Shown here: positions 37,975 to 46,785 of the stretch, piece after piece
Position numbering within the stretch: the first letter of the stretch is position 1
Layout of the letters: each line of letters begins with the position of its first letter
NCBI GenBank assembly: GCA_004524535.1
Contig: SDNY01000007.1
Location: forward strand, 1 to 53,623
Length of the DNA: 53,623 nucleotides
Reading direction: 5' to 3'
From: Promethearchaeota archaeon
Lineage (GTDB): Archaea > Asgardarchaeota > Lokiarchaeia > Sigyniarchaeales > SOKP01
Translations under genes and position numbers: made by a program
The notes under the pieces: generated by a model
What the model was told of the DNA's origin: nothing
What the model saw: the letters and a program-made list of their open reading frames with translations, nothing else
Database searches by the model: none

Positions 37975-38400
37975 TTAAATGATTAAACTTGATATTGAAG
38001 CAAGCCTAGGAAACATTTCTGCTGCTTCTCGAGCAATCGGGCCTCTAATTTCTGTCCCTTTTGGTTCACCTTCTTTTGTCACAAGAACGGCGGCATTATC
38101 TTCAAAACATAATCTTGTGCCATCTATTCGGCGATAAATCCTCTTTTGCCGGACAATTACGGCTTTGAGAATGCTGCCTCGAAGTTCTGGTTTACCTCGT
38201 TTAACAGTAACAGTTACTATGTTACCTATAGTTGCTTTAGGTAATCGTCTTAATCGCGTTTTACTATGATCAACATTAATAATTTGGGCAATTTTAGCAC
38301 CCGAATTATCTGCAATAAGCACTTTTGAACCATTTTGTAATCCGTAGCTTGTTCGAGCTTTTGTCACCCGTTTTCTTCCTAATTTTCTTCGAGTTCCCAT
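37975..38400 (-). CDS. rpl14: 50S ribosomal protein uL14
   Basis: IADNSGAK, AVIVRQKR, FEDNAAVLV, KGTEIRGPIAREAA motifs. Confidence 0.97.
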   Translation of the reverse strand: MGTRRKLGRKRVTKARTSYGLQNGSKVLIADNSGAKIAQIINVDHSKTRLRRLPKATIGNIVTVTVKRGKPELRGSILKAVIVRQKRIYRRIDGTRLCFEDNAAVLVTKEGEPKGTEIRGPIAREAAEMFPRLASISSLII

Positions 38401-38448
38401 TTAGTTTACACCTTAACTTGAGATTTTCTCTAATAGGATAAATGTTTT
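38379..38448. repeat. Copy 1 of a 70-bp imperfect direct repeat (uS17 3' end, spacer, first 22 nt of uL14)
   Basis: Matches 40760..40829 with 6 mismatches and no gaps. Confidence 0.9.
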
Positions 38449-38567
38449 CGATAAATCCTTAAAACTCTCTGAAGTAGCTTTGAAGCAGGGGTAATAATTA
38501 CTTCTTTCTTTTTAGCAAATTCTGCGTTTTTCAGTTGATTACATGCGTCAGCGAGCGTATTTACCAA
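38430..38567 (-). pseudogene. rps8: Orphan 5' fragment of a second uS8 allele (45 codons)
   Basis: GGAGG SD plus TTG; MVNTLADACNQLKNAEFAKKKEVIITPASKLLQRVLRIYRKH, 30/42 identical to uS8 exon 1, then runs into the duplicated uS17 end and stops. Confidence 0.88.
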
Positions 38568-38976
38568 TTATAAAAAACCTCCTTTTAATCTCATGATCTT
38601 TCATTCTGATACTAATGGTAAATAATTGATAAAATTTTAACTTTATTAAAATTAATAAAAACAAATATAAGAATAGCAAAACTAAAAAATCAGAATGAAT
38701 CTATCCATATAAAAGAAGGCTCTCGGAAGGCTCGGAAAAATGTTGACAGGCTCTAAACATTAGAAAAAAACAAAAAAAAGAAGATAAGCGTAAAAAAATT
38801 AGATTAAAACCCTAACAGAAATATGTCAAATTTTTTTTTCTTCAAATGAATTTTTTATCGTTATTATTCTGCATTAAATCTTAAATAAAAACTGCTCTCA
38901 GTTATAAAAATGTTAAAGGAGAAGAGAGTAAAAACTAAAATAAATATGTCAAATTTTCCTTTTTTTAAATAGATCT

Positions 38977-39912
38977 TCATTTCCTAATTTTATGGAAATC
39001 TGATGGAAATGATATCACCCCAAGAGATGAGTCAAGCTTATTACCATAAAAACTTAATTCGCATAAATCTTTTAGCTTTAAAATTGTGTCGGGAACGGAC
39101 TCCAAGCGATTATTTCCAACAAAAAGCCTCTGTAATGAGGAAAGATCACCGATCGATTCCGGTAATTCTTGAAGCTCGTTAGAATATAAATATAATTCCT
39201 CTAATCTCTTTAAATTGCCGATAGACTCGGGGAGGCTCCTTAATTTATTATGATTTGCATGGAATCTCTTTAAATTTGTTAAATTGCCGATCGAATCTGG
39301 AAAAGCGGAAAGTTGGTTATGATGGATTGTTAAATATCTTAAATTCTTAAGGTTGCCAAACGATTGCGGAAGCTCGAAAAGTTGATTATCGGATATGCCC
39401 AAATATCTCAAATTCTTAAGGTTACCAAATGATTCGGGAAGGCATCTAAGGTAATTTTTAAATATCTCAAGATAAGTCAAATTGTAAAGGGCTCCAAAGG
39501 ATTCTGGTAATATTTCTATTTTATCATTGATTAAGCTTAAATCTTTTAATGAACATAATTCACAGATTGAATCTGGTAGTACTTTCAGCTTACTTCCATA
39601 TATATCTAATTTTTCTAATGATTTAAGGTTCCCAATAGATTCAGGAAGCTCGGATAAATAATTATTATCTAGATTTAATTCTCTTAGCCATTTTAAATTA
39701 GCGATTGATTCGGGGAGTTGTGTAAGACCCACTCCATTGCATTGAAGCCAACAAACGTGATTATATGCCGTCATAAAGCTTGCTGATGGTGTTTTTATGC
39801 CAATTTCAGTGACGAGTGAAAATTCAATATCTAATTCTTGCTCTAATTCACTAAGAAAAAGTACCTCTGATTCAATTAATTTGGCTCCTCTGAATTTAAT
39901 CATGGTCTTCAC
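38977..39912 (-). CDS. Leucine-rich-repeat protein
   Basis: About ten 23-aa LxxLxLxxNxLxxLPxSIGNL repeats. Confidence 0.93.
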   Translation of the reverse strand: MKTMIKFRGAKLIESEVLFLSELEQELDIEFSLVTEIGIKTPSASFMTAYNHVCWLQCNGVGLTQLPESIANLKWLRELNLDNNYLSELPESIGNLKSLEKLDIYGSKLKVLPDSICELCSLKDLSLINDKIEILPESFGALYNLTYLEIFKNYLRCLPESFGNLKNLRYLGISDNQLFELPQSFGNLKNLRYLTIHHNQLSAFPDSIGNLTNLKRFHANHNKLRSLPESIGNLKRLEELYLYSNELQELPESIGDLSSLQRLFVGNNRLESVPDTILKLKDLCELSFYGNKLDSSLGVISFPSDFHKIRK

Positions 39913-39959
39913 ATAATTTTAATCAATCAGCTTATTTAAATATTATGAGGGTATGAATT

Positions 39960-40124
39960 TTACGCCTTCATTTTATCTAGGGTATCGTGTTCGTCTTGGG
40001 TAAAGTCAACAAACGCCTCAAGAGTTTTAATTCCCGAATCAAAGGATTCTTTATTTTCATATACAAAGGTAAGGCTGGTAGTATTCCCTTGTAATGTAAT
40101 TCCCATAGGGTTTTTATTTGGCAT
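39960..40124 (-). CDS. 54-aa hypothetical ORF (not in ORF track)
   Basis: MPNKNPMGITLQGNTTSLTFVYENKESFDSGIKTLEAFVDFTQDEHDTLDKMKA*; open frame only. Confidence 0.4.
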   Translation of the reverse strand: MPNKNPMGITLQGNTTSLTFVYENKESFDSGIKTLEAFVDFTQDEHDTLDKMKA

Positions 40125-40362
40125 ACTACTAAAGAATTAACTCACAAATAAATAGATTTACCGACCGCCGATTTAGTGATTTTCTCTATTCCCACACCAG
40201 AGGAGCTCTACCCCATTTAGATTTAAATTGCTTAGATTTGATATATAAAAAGATACACCACAAATAACAAATCCTTTACTCTCTTTGATTATAAATTAGC
40301 GTATTTCCTTTATTATTTCAATCAACAAGAATCTTAAATCAAAAAAAAAAACCAAAACAAGA

Positions 40363-40683
40363 GTGAGAGAAAGAATGTATAACACCCCCAAGAGATGTGA
40401 CAATAGATATTGTAATCGTGAACCCGAATATAAAATTTCCTATCCGAACGGAGAGACTTTTTTCCGTTGTGCCCATCATTTTACAGCCTACGAAATTGAG
40501 AGAGATAACGATAATTGCATGATCGAATCTCTTATTTTTGATGAAAGCTGGATAACCGAGTGTGAAGAATCCTCAGAAATCATTAGCTGGTTAAACCGAT
40601 TCATTGAAGAAAAGAACTTAGACGATAAAATCATAGAGTTTTTTGACGACAACCACATGCACCACCTTATGCCCATTAAATAA
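40363..40683 (+). CDS. Hypothetical Cys/His-containing protein
   Basis: CDNRYC...CAHH possible zinc site; only sizeable plausible ORF at this position. Confidence 0.55.
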   Translation: MRERMYNTPKRCDNRYCNREPEYKISYPNGETFFRCAHHFTAYEIERDNDNCMIESLIFDESWITECEESSEIISWLNRFIEEKNLDDKIIEFFDDNHMHHLMPIK

Positions 40684-40759
40684 TCGGAGATCCCGCTTTG
40701 GCAACTTACTCGGATGGATTCGAGATTGAACACATCTAAAACCGACGGAAGTTTTAGAT

Positions 40760-40829
40760 CTAATTTTCTTCGAGTTCCCATTTAATTCACACCTCAACTT
40801 GAGATTTTCTCTAATACAATAAATGCTTT
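40760..40829. repeat. Copy 2 of the 70-bp direct repeat (true uS17 end plus abortive uL14 start MGTRRKL)
   Basis: Matches 38379..38448. Confidence 0.9.
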
Positions 40830-41132
40830 TGTTTTTGATATTTTTCGAGATTCACCAACTCTCACCATGTCTCCAACTTCAATTTCATGCCACAAGCATT
40901 CTGGTAAGTGACAAGCAAGACGAGTGTTACGTCGTTCGTATCGCTGATATTTTCTAATAAAATGCATGTAATCTCTTCTAATAATTACGGTATTCTTTGA
41001 TTTTTTGCTTACTACAACTCCTTTCGTAATTTTTCCTCTTATTCTTGTACTCCCATGAAAAGGGCACTCTATATCTGAGCATTCTCCAGTTTTTGGAGGT
41101 TTTACACCGGGTACTCCTATGTTCCGACTCAT
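40794..41132 (-). CDS. rps17: 30S ribosomal protein uS17
   Basis: CSDIECPFHG, GVVVS, RKYQRYERR, GDMVRVGESRKISKTKAF motifs. Confidence 0.97.
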   Translation of the reverse strand: MSRNIGVPGVKPPKTGECSDIECPFHGSTRIRGKITKGVVVSKKSKNTVIIRRDYMHFIRKYQRYERRNTRLACHLPECLWHEIEVGDMVRVGESRKISKTKAFIVLEKISS

Positions 41133-41133
41133 T

Positions 41134-41439
41134 TTATTTTCTCCACCTTTTTTTTCGCAAATTTCTTAATCTATTTTCAGGACGACCAACAATTTTCGTG
41201 CCTAATACTTCCAACATATTATCATTTTCGTTAGAAAGCTGAAATCTAAAGATGTAATCTTTTTTTATATATTTTTTTATCGTATTGTTTTTTTCTGTAA
41301 TTAGCATATTTTTTGACTCGTCAATAACCATACCTATCTCTGAGAAATTCATCTTTTTTTTTTGTGTTGATATAAGTTTTGCATAAGCGTATAATCCTAT
41401 TAAATCATGATAAATTAAATATTTTGGATTAATATTCAT
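41134..41439 (-). CDS. rnp1: Ribonuclease P protein subunit Rpp29
   Basis: HDLIGL, GMVIDESKNML, GTKIVGRPENRL motifs; between uL29 and uS17. Confidence 0.92.
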   Translation of the reverse strand: MNINPKYLIYHDLIGLYAYAKLISTQKKKMNFSEIGMVIDESKNMLITEKNNTIKKYIKKDYIFRFQLSNENDNMLEVLGTKIVGRPENRLRNLRKKRWRK

Positions 41440-41660
41440 TCTTCTCTAGCCCATTCTTGCCATTTTTTCTCTTCGTTATTAATAGTTAAGATCCTTGCTA
41501 TTTGTTTCTTTAATATCTTCGCTTTTGCGGGATTATCGGAGATACCTCCCCCTGTTTGCGCAGAATAAAGTAACATTAATTCTTCTCTTAAATCAACTAA
41601 TTTTCTCTCTCTTTCCATATCATCCATATTCCGAATTTCTTCGGCTTTTACTATCTTCAT
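41436..41660 (-). CDS. rpl29: 50S ribosomal protein uL29
   Basis: EIRNM...LVDLREEL...NPAKAKILKKQIARILT. Confidence 0.95.
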   Translation of the reverse strand: MKIVKAEEIRNMDDMERERKLVDLREELMLLYSAQTGGGISDNPAKAKILKKQIARILTINNEEKKWQEWAREE

Positions 41661-41694
41661 TTTTTATTTCTTGTGTTATATAATTTATAAAGAT

Positions 41695-42483
41695 TTATTC
41701 TTCTGTTTCCTCAGAGGATTCCAACGAGACCTCTTTAATATCTTCCTCATCAACCTCTTCTATTATTTCTTGAAGTTCTTCAGGTACAGCTCCTTCTATT
41801 TCTTCTTCTTCAATTTCCTCAGCAGACAGACGTTTTGGTTTTAGTTTAGCTAATTTAGCTTCTTCTTGTTTTTGAGCCATTTCCAATTCTTTTTCCTTAA
41901 TCTTAACCTCGTCGCCCATTTTATAGTCAGCATGCATAATTTTCACTACAACTCCAAGAACTCCGCTCTTCTGTATGCATTGAGAGATTCCTTTATCTAC
42001 AGCCTCTTGTGCAGGCATTCCACTTTTTTTCATTGTCCCAGCCCTAAAAATTTGGGTTCTGGCTCGTTGAGAAGTTACTTTACCTGAAATGATTATTTCT
42101 ACGCCACGAGCCCCCGCATCCATTACTTTTCTTAAGATATAATAGCCCGCGCGCCTATAATGTCTGCCACGATCAAGTGAATAAGCCAATCTCTCTGACA
42201 TTATCTGGGCATCTAGGTCAGGGTTTGCAACCTCCTCAACCTCTATCTGGGGCATCTCAAGTTCATATTTGTCACGCAGAACATCAGTAATTTCTTGTAT
42301 TCGTTTACCGCCTTTTCCAATAACGAGCCCTGGTCTTGAAGTCTTTAAAGTGATCCGGACACCCAGAGGAGTCTTTTGAAGGTCTATTCCAGCAAAGCCT
42401 GCTCGGACTAATTCAGACCTTAAATACTCATTTATTTGCATTAACTTAATACCTTGTTCGATAAAGTGTTTGGAAAGTGGCAA
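41695..42483 (-). CDS. rps3: 30S ribosomal protein uS3 (TTG start, acidic tail)
   Basis: RPGLVIGKGG KH motif, AGARGVEIIISGK, GVLGVVVKI. Confidence 0.97.
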   Translation of the reverse strand: MPLSKHFIEQGIKLMQINEYLRSELVRAGFAGIDLQKTPLGVRITLKTSRPGLVIGKGGKRIQEITDVLRDKYELEMPQIEVEEVANPDLDAQIMSERLAYSLDRGRHYRRAGYYILRKVMDAGARGVEIIISGKVTSQRARTQIFRAGTMKKSGMPAQEAVDKGISQCIQKSGVLGVVVKIMHADYKMGDEVKIKEKELEMAQKQEEAKLAKLKPKRLSAEEIEEEEIEGAVPEELQEIIEEVDEEDIKEVSLESSEETEE

Positions 42484-42538
42484 TTTTTAACCTTTATTTT
42501 AATTTTTTTAATTTTATTATTTTTATTTATTATATTCC

Positions 42539-43018
42539 CTAACTAGGTAATTCGTATAAAACAATCTCTAGATGAGTTAAATGTTTATTCCTCGCTGTCG
42601 ATCTTCCGTGCGCACGTTCAATGTTTCTTTTTATTATTCTTCCTCTGCTCGCTGCAATATGGATAACTCTACATAAATCGATATCTAAACCTTTATATTC
42701 AGCGTTAGATTCTACAGCTGTGAGAACTTCGTAAATTCTTGCCGCCGCTTTTTGAGGGTATCTTCCCGCATACCATTTAAATTGTTTTAAGTCTTTTCTA
42801 TGAGCCTGTTTTTTCTTATGACGCCTAAACGGCACGGATTGTTTTAGCTGAATTACATTCTCTAAAAAAGTTTTGGCTTGGTCCAATCTCATACCTTTTA
42901 GGACAGCACATATCTCTCTCGCATGTTTAGGTTTTATTCTTAAATCCCTGCCTGATGCCTTTGCTATGCGATCAACGTCCCACCGTTCCTCAGTGAAAGA
43001 ATATCCCCAGTTTGGAAT
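42539..43018 (-). CDS. rpl22: 50S ribosomal protein uL22, apparently initiating at ATT
   Basis: The frame extends upstream of the track's Met to (I/M)PNWGYSFTEERWDVDRIAKASGRDLRIKPKHAREICAVLKGM; an in-frame TAA lies two codons before the ATT. Confidence 0.9.
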   Translation of the reverse strand: MPNWGYSFTEERWDVDRIAKASGRDLRIKPKHAREICAVLKGMRLDQAKTFLENVIQLKQSVPFRRHKKKQAHRKDLKQFKWYAGRYPQKAAARIYEVLTAVESNAEYKGLDIDLCRVIHIAASRGRIIKRNIERAHGRSTARNKHLTHLEIVLYELPS

Positions 43019-43061
43019 TTTTTACCAACTCATTTAGCTTTATTTTTGATTATTTTAGTTA

Positions 43062-43586
43062 TTATTTTAGTGGAACATATTTTGAACTTCTTGTGGCCCC
43101 AATTCCAGGAGAACCGTGCTGAATTCTTTTTCGAGTAAGGGAAAATTCACCTAAATAGTGTCCAATCATTTCAGGTTTTACATCAATGACTTCAAATTTC
43201 ATCCCGTTATAAACTCCAATTTTAAGACCAACCATCTCAGGGAACACGAGCATATCGCGTACGTGTGTTCTGGTGAGTAAGTCTTTACCCCTTTTCTTCG
43301 CTCTAAAAGCTCTTCTTAATCGTTCCAATAGCTTCTTTTGTCTTGGCGGTAATCCTCGTTTTAAGGAGCGTCTTGCCCTTGCGGGTAATAATTGGATAAA
43401 TTGATCCATATTCATTTTCTTCAACTCGTCTAAGGTATGACCTCTATAATGGAATCTTAATCTGTCGAGTTCAGCCTCAGTGTCTAATTGGTCGTCAGAT
43501 TCTTCAGTAATTTCTTCTTCTTCTGATTCTTCTTCTTCTTCTGGTTCTTCTTCTTCTCCATCTTCAAATTCTTCATCTGGAGCCAT
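43062..43586 (-). CDS. rps19: 30S ribosomal protein uS19 with acidic N-terminal extension
   Basis: [39 protein letters not shown] motifs. Confidence 0.97.
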   Translation of the reverse strand: MAPDEEFEDGEEEEPEEEEESEEEEITEESDDQLDTEAELDRLRFHYRGHTLDELKKMNMDQFIQLLPARARRSLKRGLPPRQKKLLERLRRAFRAKKRGKDLLTRTHVRDMLVFPEMVGLKIGVYNGMKFEVIDVKPEMIGHYLGEFSLTRKRIQHGSPGIGATRSSKYVPLK

Positions 43587-43827
43587 TTTTCCACCAGTTT
43601 CTTAATTCAATTTATATATTATAATTTATTTTTCCAATAGAATTTATTATACTAGTCTAATAAGTAAAAGGTTTAATTTTAATTTTATTAAAGAGGGCAG
43701 AAAAAGAGTGGAAAAAAACACAAAATTTAAAAGCAAGCAAGAAGATTTTTTGAAAAGATTCTATAACGCCTTAAAACTTTAAATTTCATCATAAGATTTG
43801 GCAGTTTCTTTTAAGGGAAAATAGTAA

Positions 43828-44514
43828 TTATTTATATTCGTTTGGATTAAACACCCTCTTAATATCTTCCTCATCGAAATTTCCATTCCAAGATTCTTTG
43901 ATCACCACAAATTGTTCCCGATCTTTATTTGGGTTAATAACAGAATGATACGTATTAATTGGAATGGCAAATTTTTGACCTTTTTTCACATAATAATGAA
44001 CTTTATTGTTATTAATTATTATTGGAGTTCCTTCTAAAATTTCCCAAGATTCATTTCGGAGTTGATGAGTTTGAATTGAAAGCCCCATTCCTGGTTTAAC
44101 AAAGATGAGATTATAATTAGGATAGGTAAATTTGAAACTATACCATTTAGGAAGCATGTCTATGTAACCATCAGGAATTTCATATCTTTGTTTAAAATCC
44201 TCTGGTTTAAAATTTATTCTCTCTAAATCTAAATATCTGGATGGATCGTAAATAATCTGGTGATTAGATATATTATAACTATATTTTGCTTCAATCTCTT
44301 TTTCCCCCTTATTTATTATCATATAATAATCGTTCGATTTTATAATAAGATCTGCCTCAGACGCATTTTTAGTAATAAACGACGTTCCATTAATAATAAA
44401 TATCTTTTTAAAATTCTCCCGATTTATTGATATTATTAACTCTTGTGAGTCATTTCTTCTCAATACAGTTCCTTTTTCTGGAAAAATTATTTCCTTTACT
44501 ATTTCATTTGTCAT
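43828..44514 (-). CDS. Cupin protein (type II mannose-6-phosphate isomerase C-terminal-like)
   Basis: VKPGMGLSIQTHQLRNESWEILEG...IPINTYHSVIN...FDEEDIKR. Confidence 0.75.
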   Translation of the reverse strand: MTNEIVKEIIFPEKGTVLRRNDSQELIISINRENFKKIFIINGTSFITKNASEADLIIKSNDYYMIINKGEKEIEAKYSYNISNHQIIYDPSRYLDLERINFKPEDFKQRYEIPDGYIDMLPKWYSFKFTYPNYNLIFVKPGMGLSIQTHQLRNESWEILEGTPIIINNNKVHYYVKKGQKFAIPINTYHSVINPNKDREQFVVIKESWNGNFDEEDIKRVFNPNEYK

Positions 44515-44523
44515 TTTTTCAAG

Positions 44524-45477
44524 TCATTTTCTAAATTTCTTAAATTGCTCATCAATTTCATGTATGAATGGCATGGATTCTTGCGCTCCTTTTCTTGTCA
44601 CTGCTATTGAAGCCGCAGCGGTTGCATACTTTACAGCGTTTAATAAAGGTTCATCCTGACATAATTTACTTGCTAAAACTCCATTAAAACAATCTCCAGC
44701 TCCTACTGTATCAATTGCCTCGACTTTAAACGCGGGAATCTCGATAACCTCATCATTTTCAACAATTAGGCATCCTTTACTTCCTAATGTTGTAATAACT
44801 ATTTTAATACCTAAACTTGCTATGTCTTTTGATGCTTGGATAATTTTTTCTTTTTGTGTACCTGATAACTCCTTAAATTCTAAAAGAGAATGTAAGCGGA
44901 ATAATTCTCCCTCGTTAGGAATAATTATATCAATGTTTTTCAAAACACTGATAGGAATCGGTTTTAGCGGTGCTGGATTTAAAATCTTTATCACATCGCC
45001 TTGAGAAGCTATTCTATATATCTCTTCAATAGTTTCAATTGAGAGCTCCATCTGAACGACCAATACTTTTGCTTTTTTAATAATATCAGATTTAGCTTGA
45101 ATTTCCAACGGATTCAACCTTGCGTTTGCTCCTGGAGCTACACTAATCATGTTTTCTCCATTGTTATCTATCATTATAAATGCTACTCCACTTGCCTCCT
45201 GAGCATCTTTAATAATATGGCTCTTATCGATGCCTTCTTTTGTTAAACGAGATACCATTTGGTCCCCAAAAAAATCATTTCCAATTTTACCAATAAATAT
45301 TGTTTTAGCCCCTGCTCTCACTGACGCTATAGCTTGATTGGCACCTTTTCCACCTAAAAATTGTTTAAATATGCCTCCAGTCACAGTTTCTCCGGGTTTT
45401 GGAAGTCTCTCTGAATAGATATTAAGATCCATATTACTTGAGCCTATAACGAGGACATACCCATTTTTATCGGACAA
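44524..45477 (-). CDS. rbsK: Ribokinase (PfkB family)
   Basis: GSSNMDL, GGKGANQA, NPAP, PNEGE, DTVGAGDCFNG motifs. Confidence 0.93.
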   Translation of the reverse strand: MSDKNGYVLVIGSSNMDLNIYSERLPKPGETVTGGIFKQFLGGKGANQAIASVRAGAKTIFIGKIGNDFFGDQMVSRLTKEGIDKSHIIKDAQEASGVAFIMIDNNGENMISVAPGANARLNPLEIQAKSDIIKKAKVLVVQMELSIETIEEIYRIASQGDVIKILNPAPLKPIPISVLKNIDIIIPNEGELFRLHSLLEFKELSGTQKEKIIQASKDIASLGIKIVITTLGSKGCLIVENDEVIEIPAFKVEAIDTVGAGDCFNGVLASKLCQDEPLLNAVKYATAAASIAVTRKGAQESMPFIHEIDEQFKKFRK

Positions 45478-45716
45478 ATCTCTACACTATAATTTGATGG
45501 GATTAAGATATATTTATTTCAATATTAAGTAATAAATAATCATCATAATATTTTACCTATTTTTGAATAAAGTAAATAATCAGATAAAACCAAATGGTTT
45601 TTATTTGAAAAACTTGAATTCAATCTAATTATAATATTTTAGAATGTAAAATTTATAGAAGGAAAAATTAGTAGTTAAAATAAAAAAAAAATAAAAATTT
45701 ATAAGTTCTTTTATTA

Positions 45717-46061
45717 TTATTTTGCGGCTTCTTCTGCGGCTTCTTCAGCTGCCAATTCCTCTTCAAGTTCTTCGAGAGGCACTGGTGCTGGAGTTGTGAG
45801 CATGCTGTACCCAATCCATATCGCTATGATACAGATTAAGACAACTAATAACCAAAGAGGCAACACGACGAATAAGCGCCAAGAGAAGAGATCAAAACCC
45901 CAAAGGTCTTCAGTCATATCAGAAATTATTGGCATTTTAAATCCAGAACCACCCCAGACTGCTTCAATCCATAGATCTACGATTGAGCCCAAAGTATAAA
46001 GAATAGCGATGATGATGCCAAGCAGCATGATAATTAGTCCAATTATTTTATCTTTTGCCAT
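45717..46061 (-). CDS. Small two-TM membrane protein
   Basis: Two hydrophobic helices, WIGYSMLTTPAPVPLEE and acidic tail. Confidence 0.75.
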   Translation of the reverse strand: MAKDKIIGLIIMLLGIIIAILYTLGSIVDLWIEAVWGGSGFKMPIISDMTEDLWGFDLFSWRLFVVLPLWLLVVLICIIAIWIGYSMLTTPAPVPLEELEEELAAEEAAEEAAK

Positions 46062-46529
46062 TTTTAAAACCTTTTTTTATTTTAATTTTTTTTTATATTT
46101 GATTTGATTTTTTTAAGCATAGAACAATGTGCTTAATATTCTTTTTTAAAAAATGATCAAATTAAAACCATTCGATTTAAAGGATAATAAAATAATTAAT
46201 TAATTAATTTAAGTAATTAAGCAAGGAGTTAACATTTAAAAAATACCCTATCAAAATTGTTTAATAATTTTAAAGACGGATACGCAGAAGATGCTGCAAA
46301 GTAAAAATCCATAATCATTTATTTTTTTTTTATTTTAACTACGAATTTTTCCTTCTTTTCGTTTTTTTACCATTCCATGAATCGATTCCATTCCATTCAT
46401 TGATGATTGATTGGTGGTTTTTCAGATTAATTAAAATTTATATTTTTTACATAATTTTTAAACTCAACATATTAACCTAATTAAAAAATTAAAAATAAAT
46501 CGGAAAAAACACAAAAGTGTTGATGAAAT

Positions 46530-46727
46530 ATGTCTTTTGATATCAAAATAGATATGGACGCCTGTACGGGTTGCGGGACTTGCTATGAGGTATGTCCAAG
46601 CGAGTGTTTTGGAGAGCCAGAAGGCGGTAAAGTTAGCGTTCTTGAGGATAATCGCGACGATTGCGTAGGTTGTCGAGCTTGCGAGACACAATGTCCTGAA
46701 GAGGCAATAGAAATAATAGAGAATTAG
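46530..46727 (+). CDS. 2[4Fe-4S] ferredoxin
   Basis: CTGCGTCYEVCP and CVGCRACETQCP motifs. Confidence 0.95.
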   Translation: MSFDIKIDMDACTGCGTCYEVCPSECFGEPEGGKVSVLEDNRDDCVGCRACETQCPEEAIEIIEN

Positions 46728-46785
46728 ATTCTGTCTCATTAATAATTTCTAACTAATAAAAAAACTCAAATTCTTTTTTTATTTT

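Larger units (their letters stand above)
38449..40759. mobile_element. 2.3-kb insertion between uS17 and uL14 bounded by 70-bp direct repeats
   Basis: Interrupts the conserved uS17-uL14 adjacency; carries an LRR gene, two small ORFs and the uS8 fragment; no integrase or transposase seen. Confidence 0.7.

Noticed and set aside
38700-38960. Short repeats in the insert (AAATATGTCAAATTTT twice; GGCTC three times)
   Set aside because: Short and AT-rich with no clear spacing logic; insufficient to call a feature.
40488-40781. 97-aa ORF starting MGTRRKL
   Set aside because: Only the first 7 codons are the duplicated uL14 start; the rest is antisense to ORF 40363..40683 and has no recognisable features.
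46062-46529. Long intergenic region with TTCCA iterations as a possible sRNA
   Set aside because: No convincing C/D or H/ACA box pair or stable fold found by eye.
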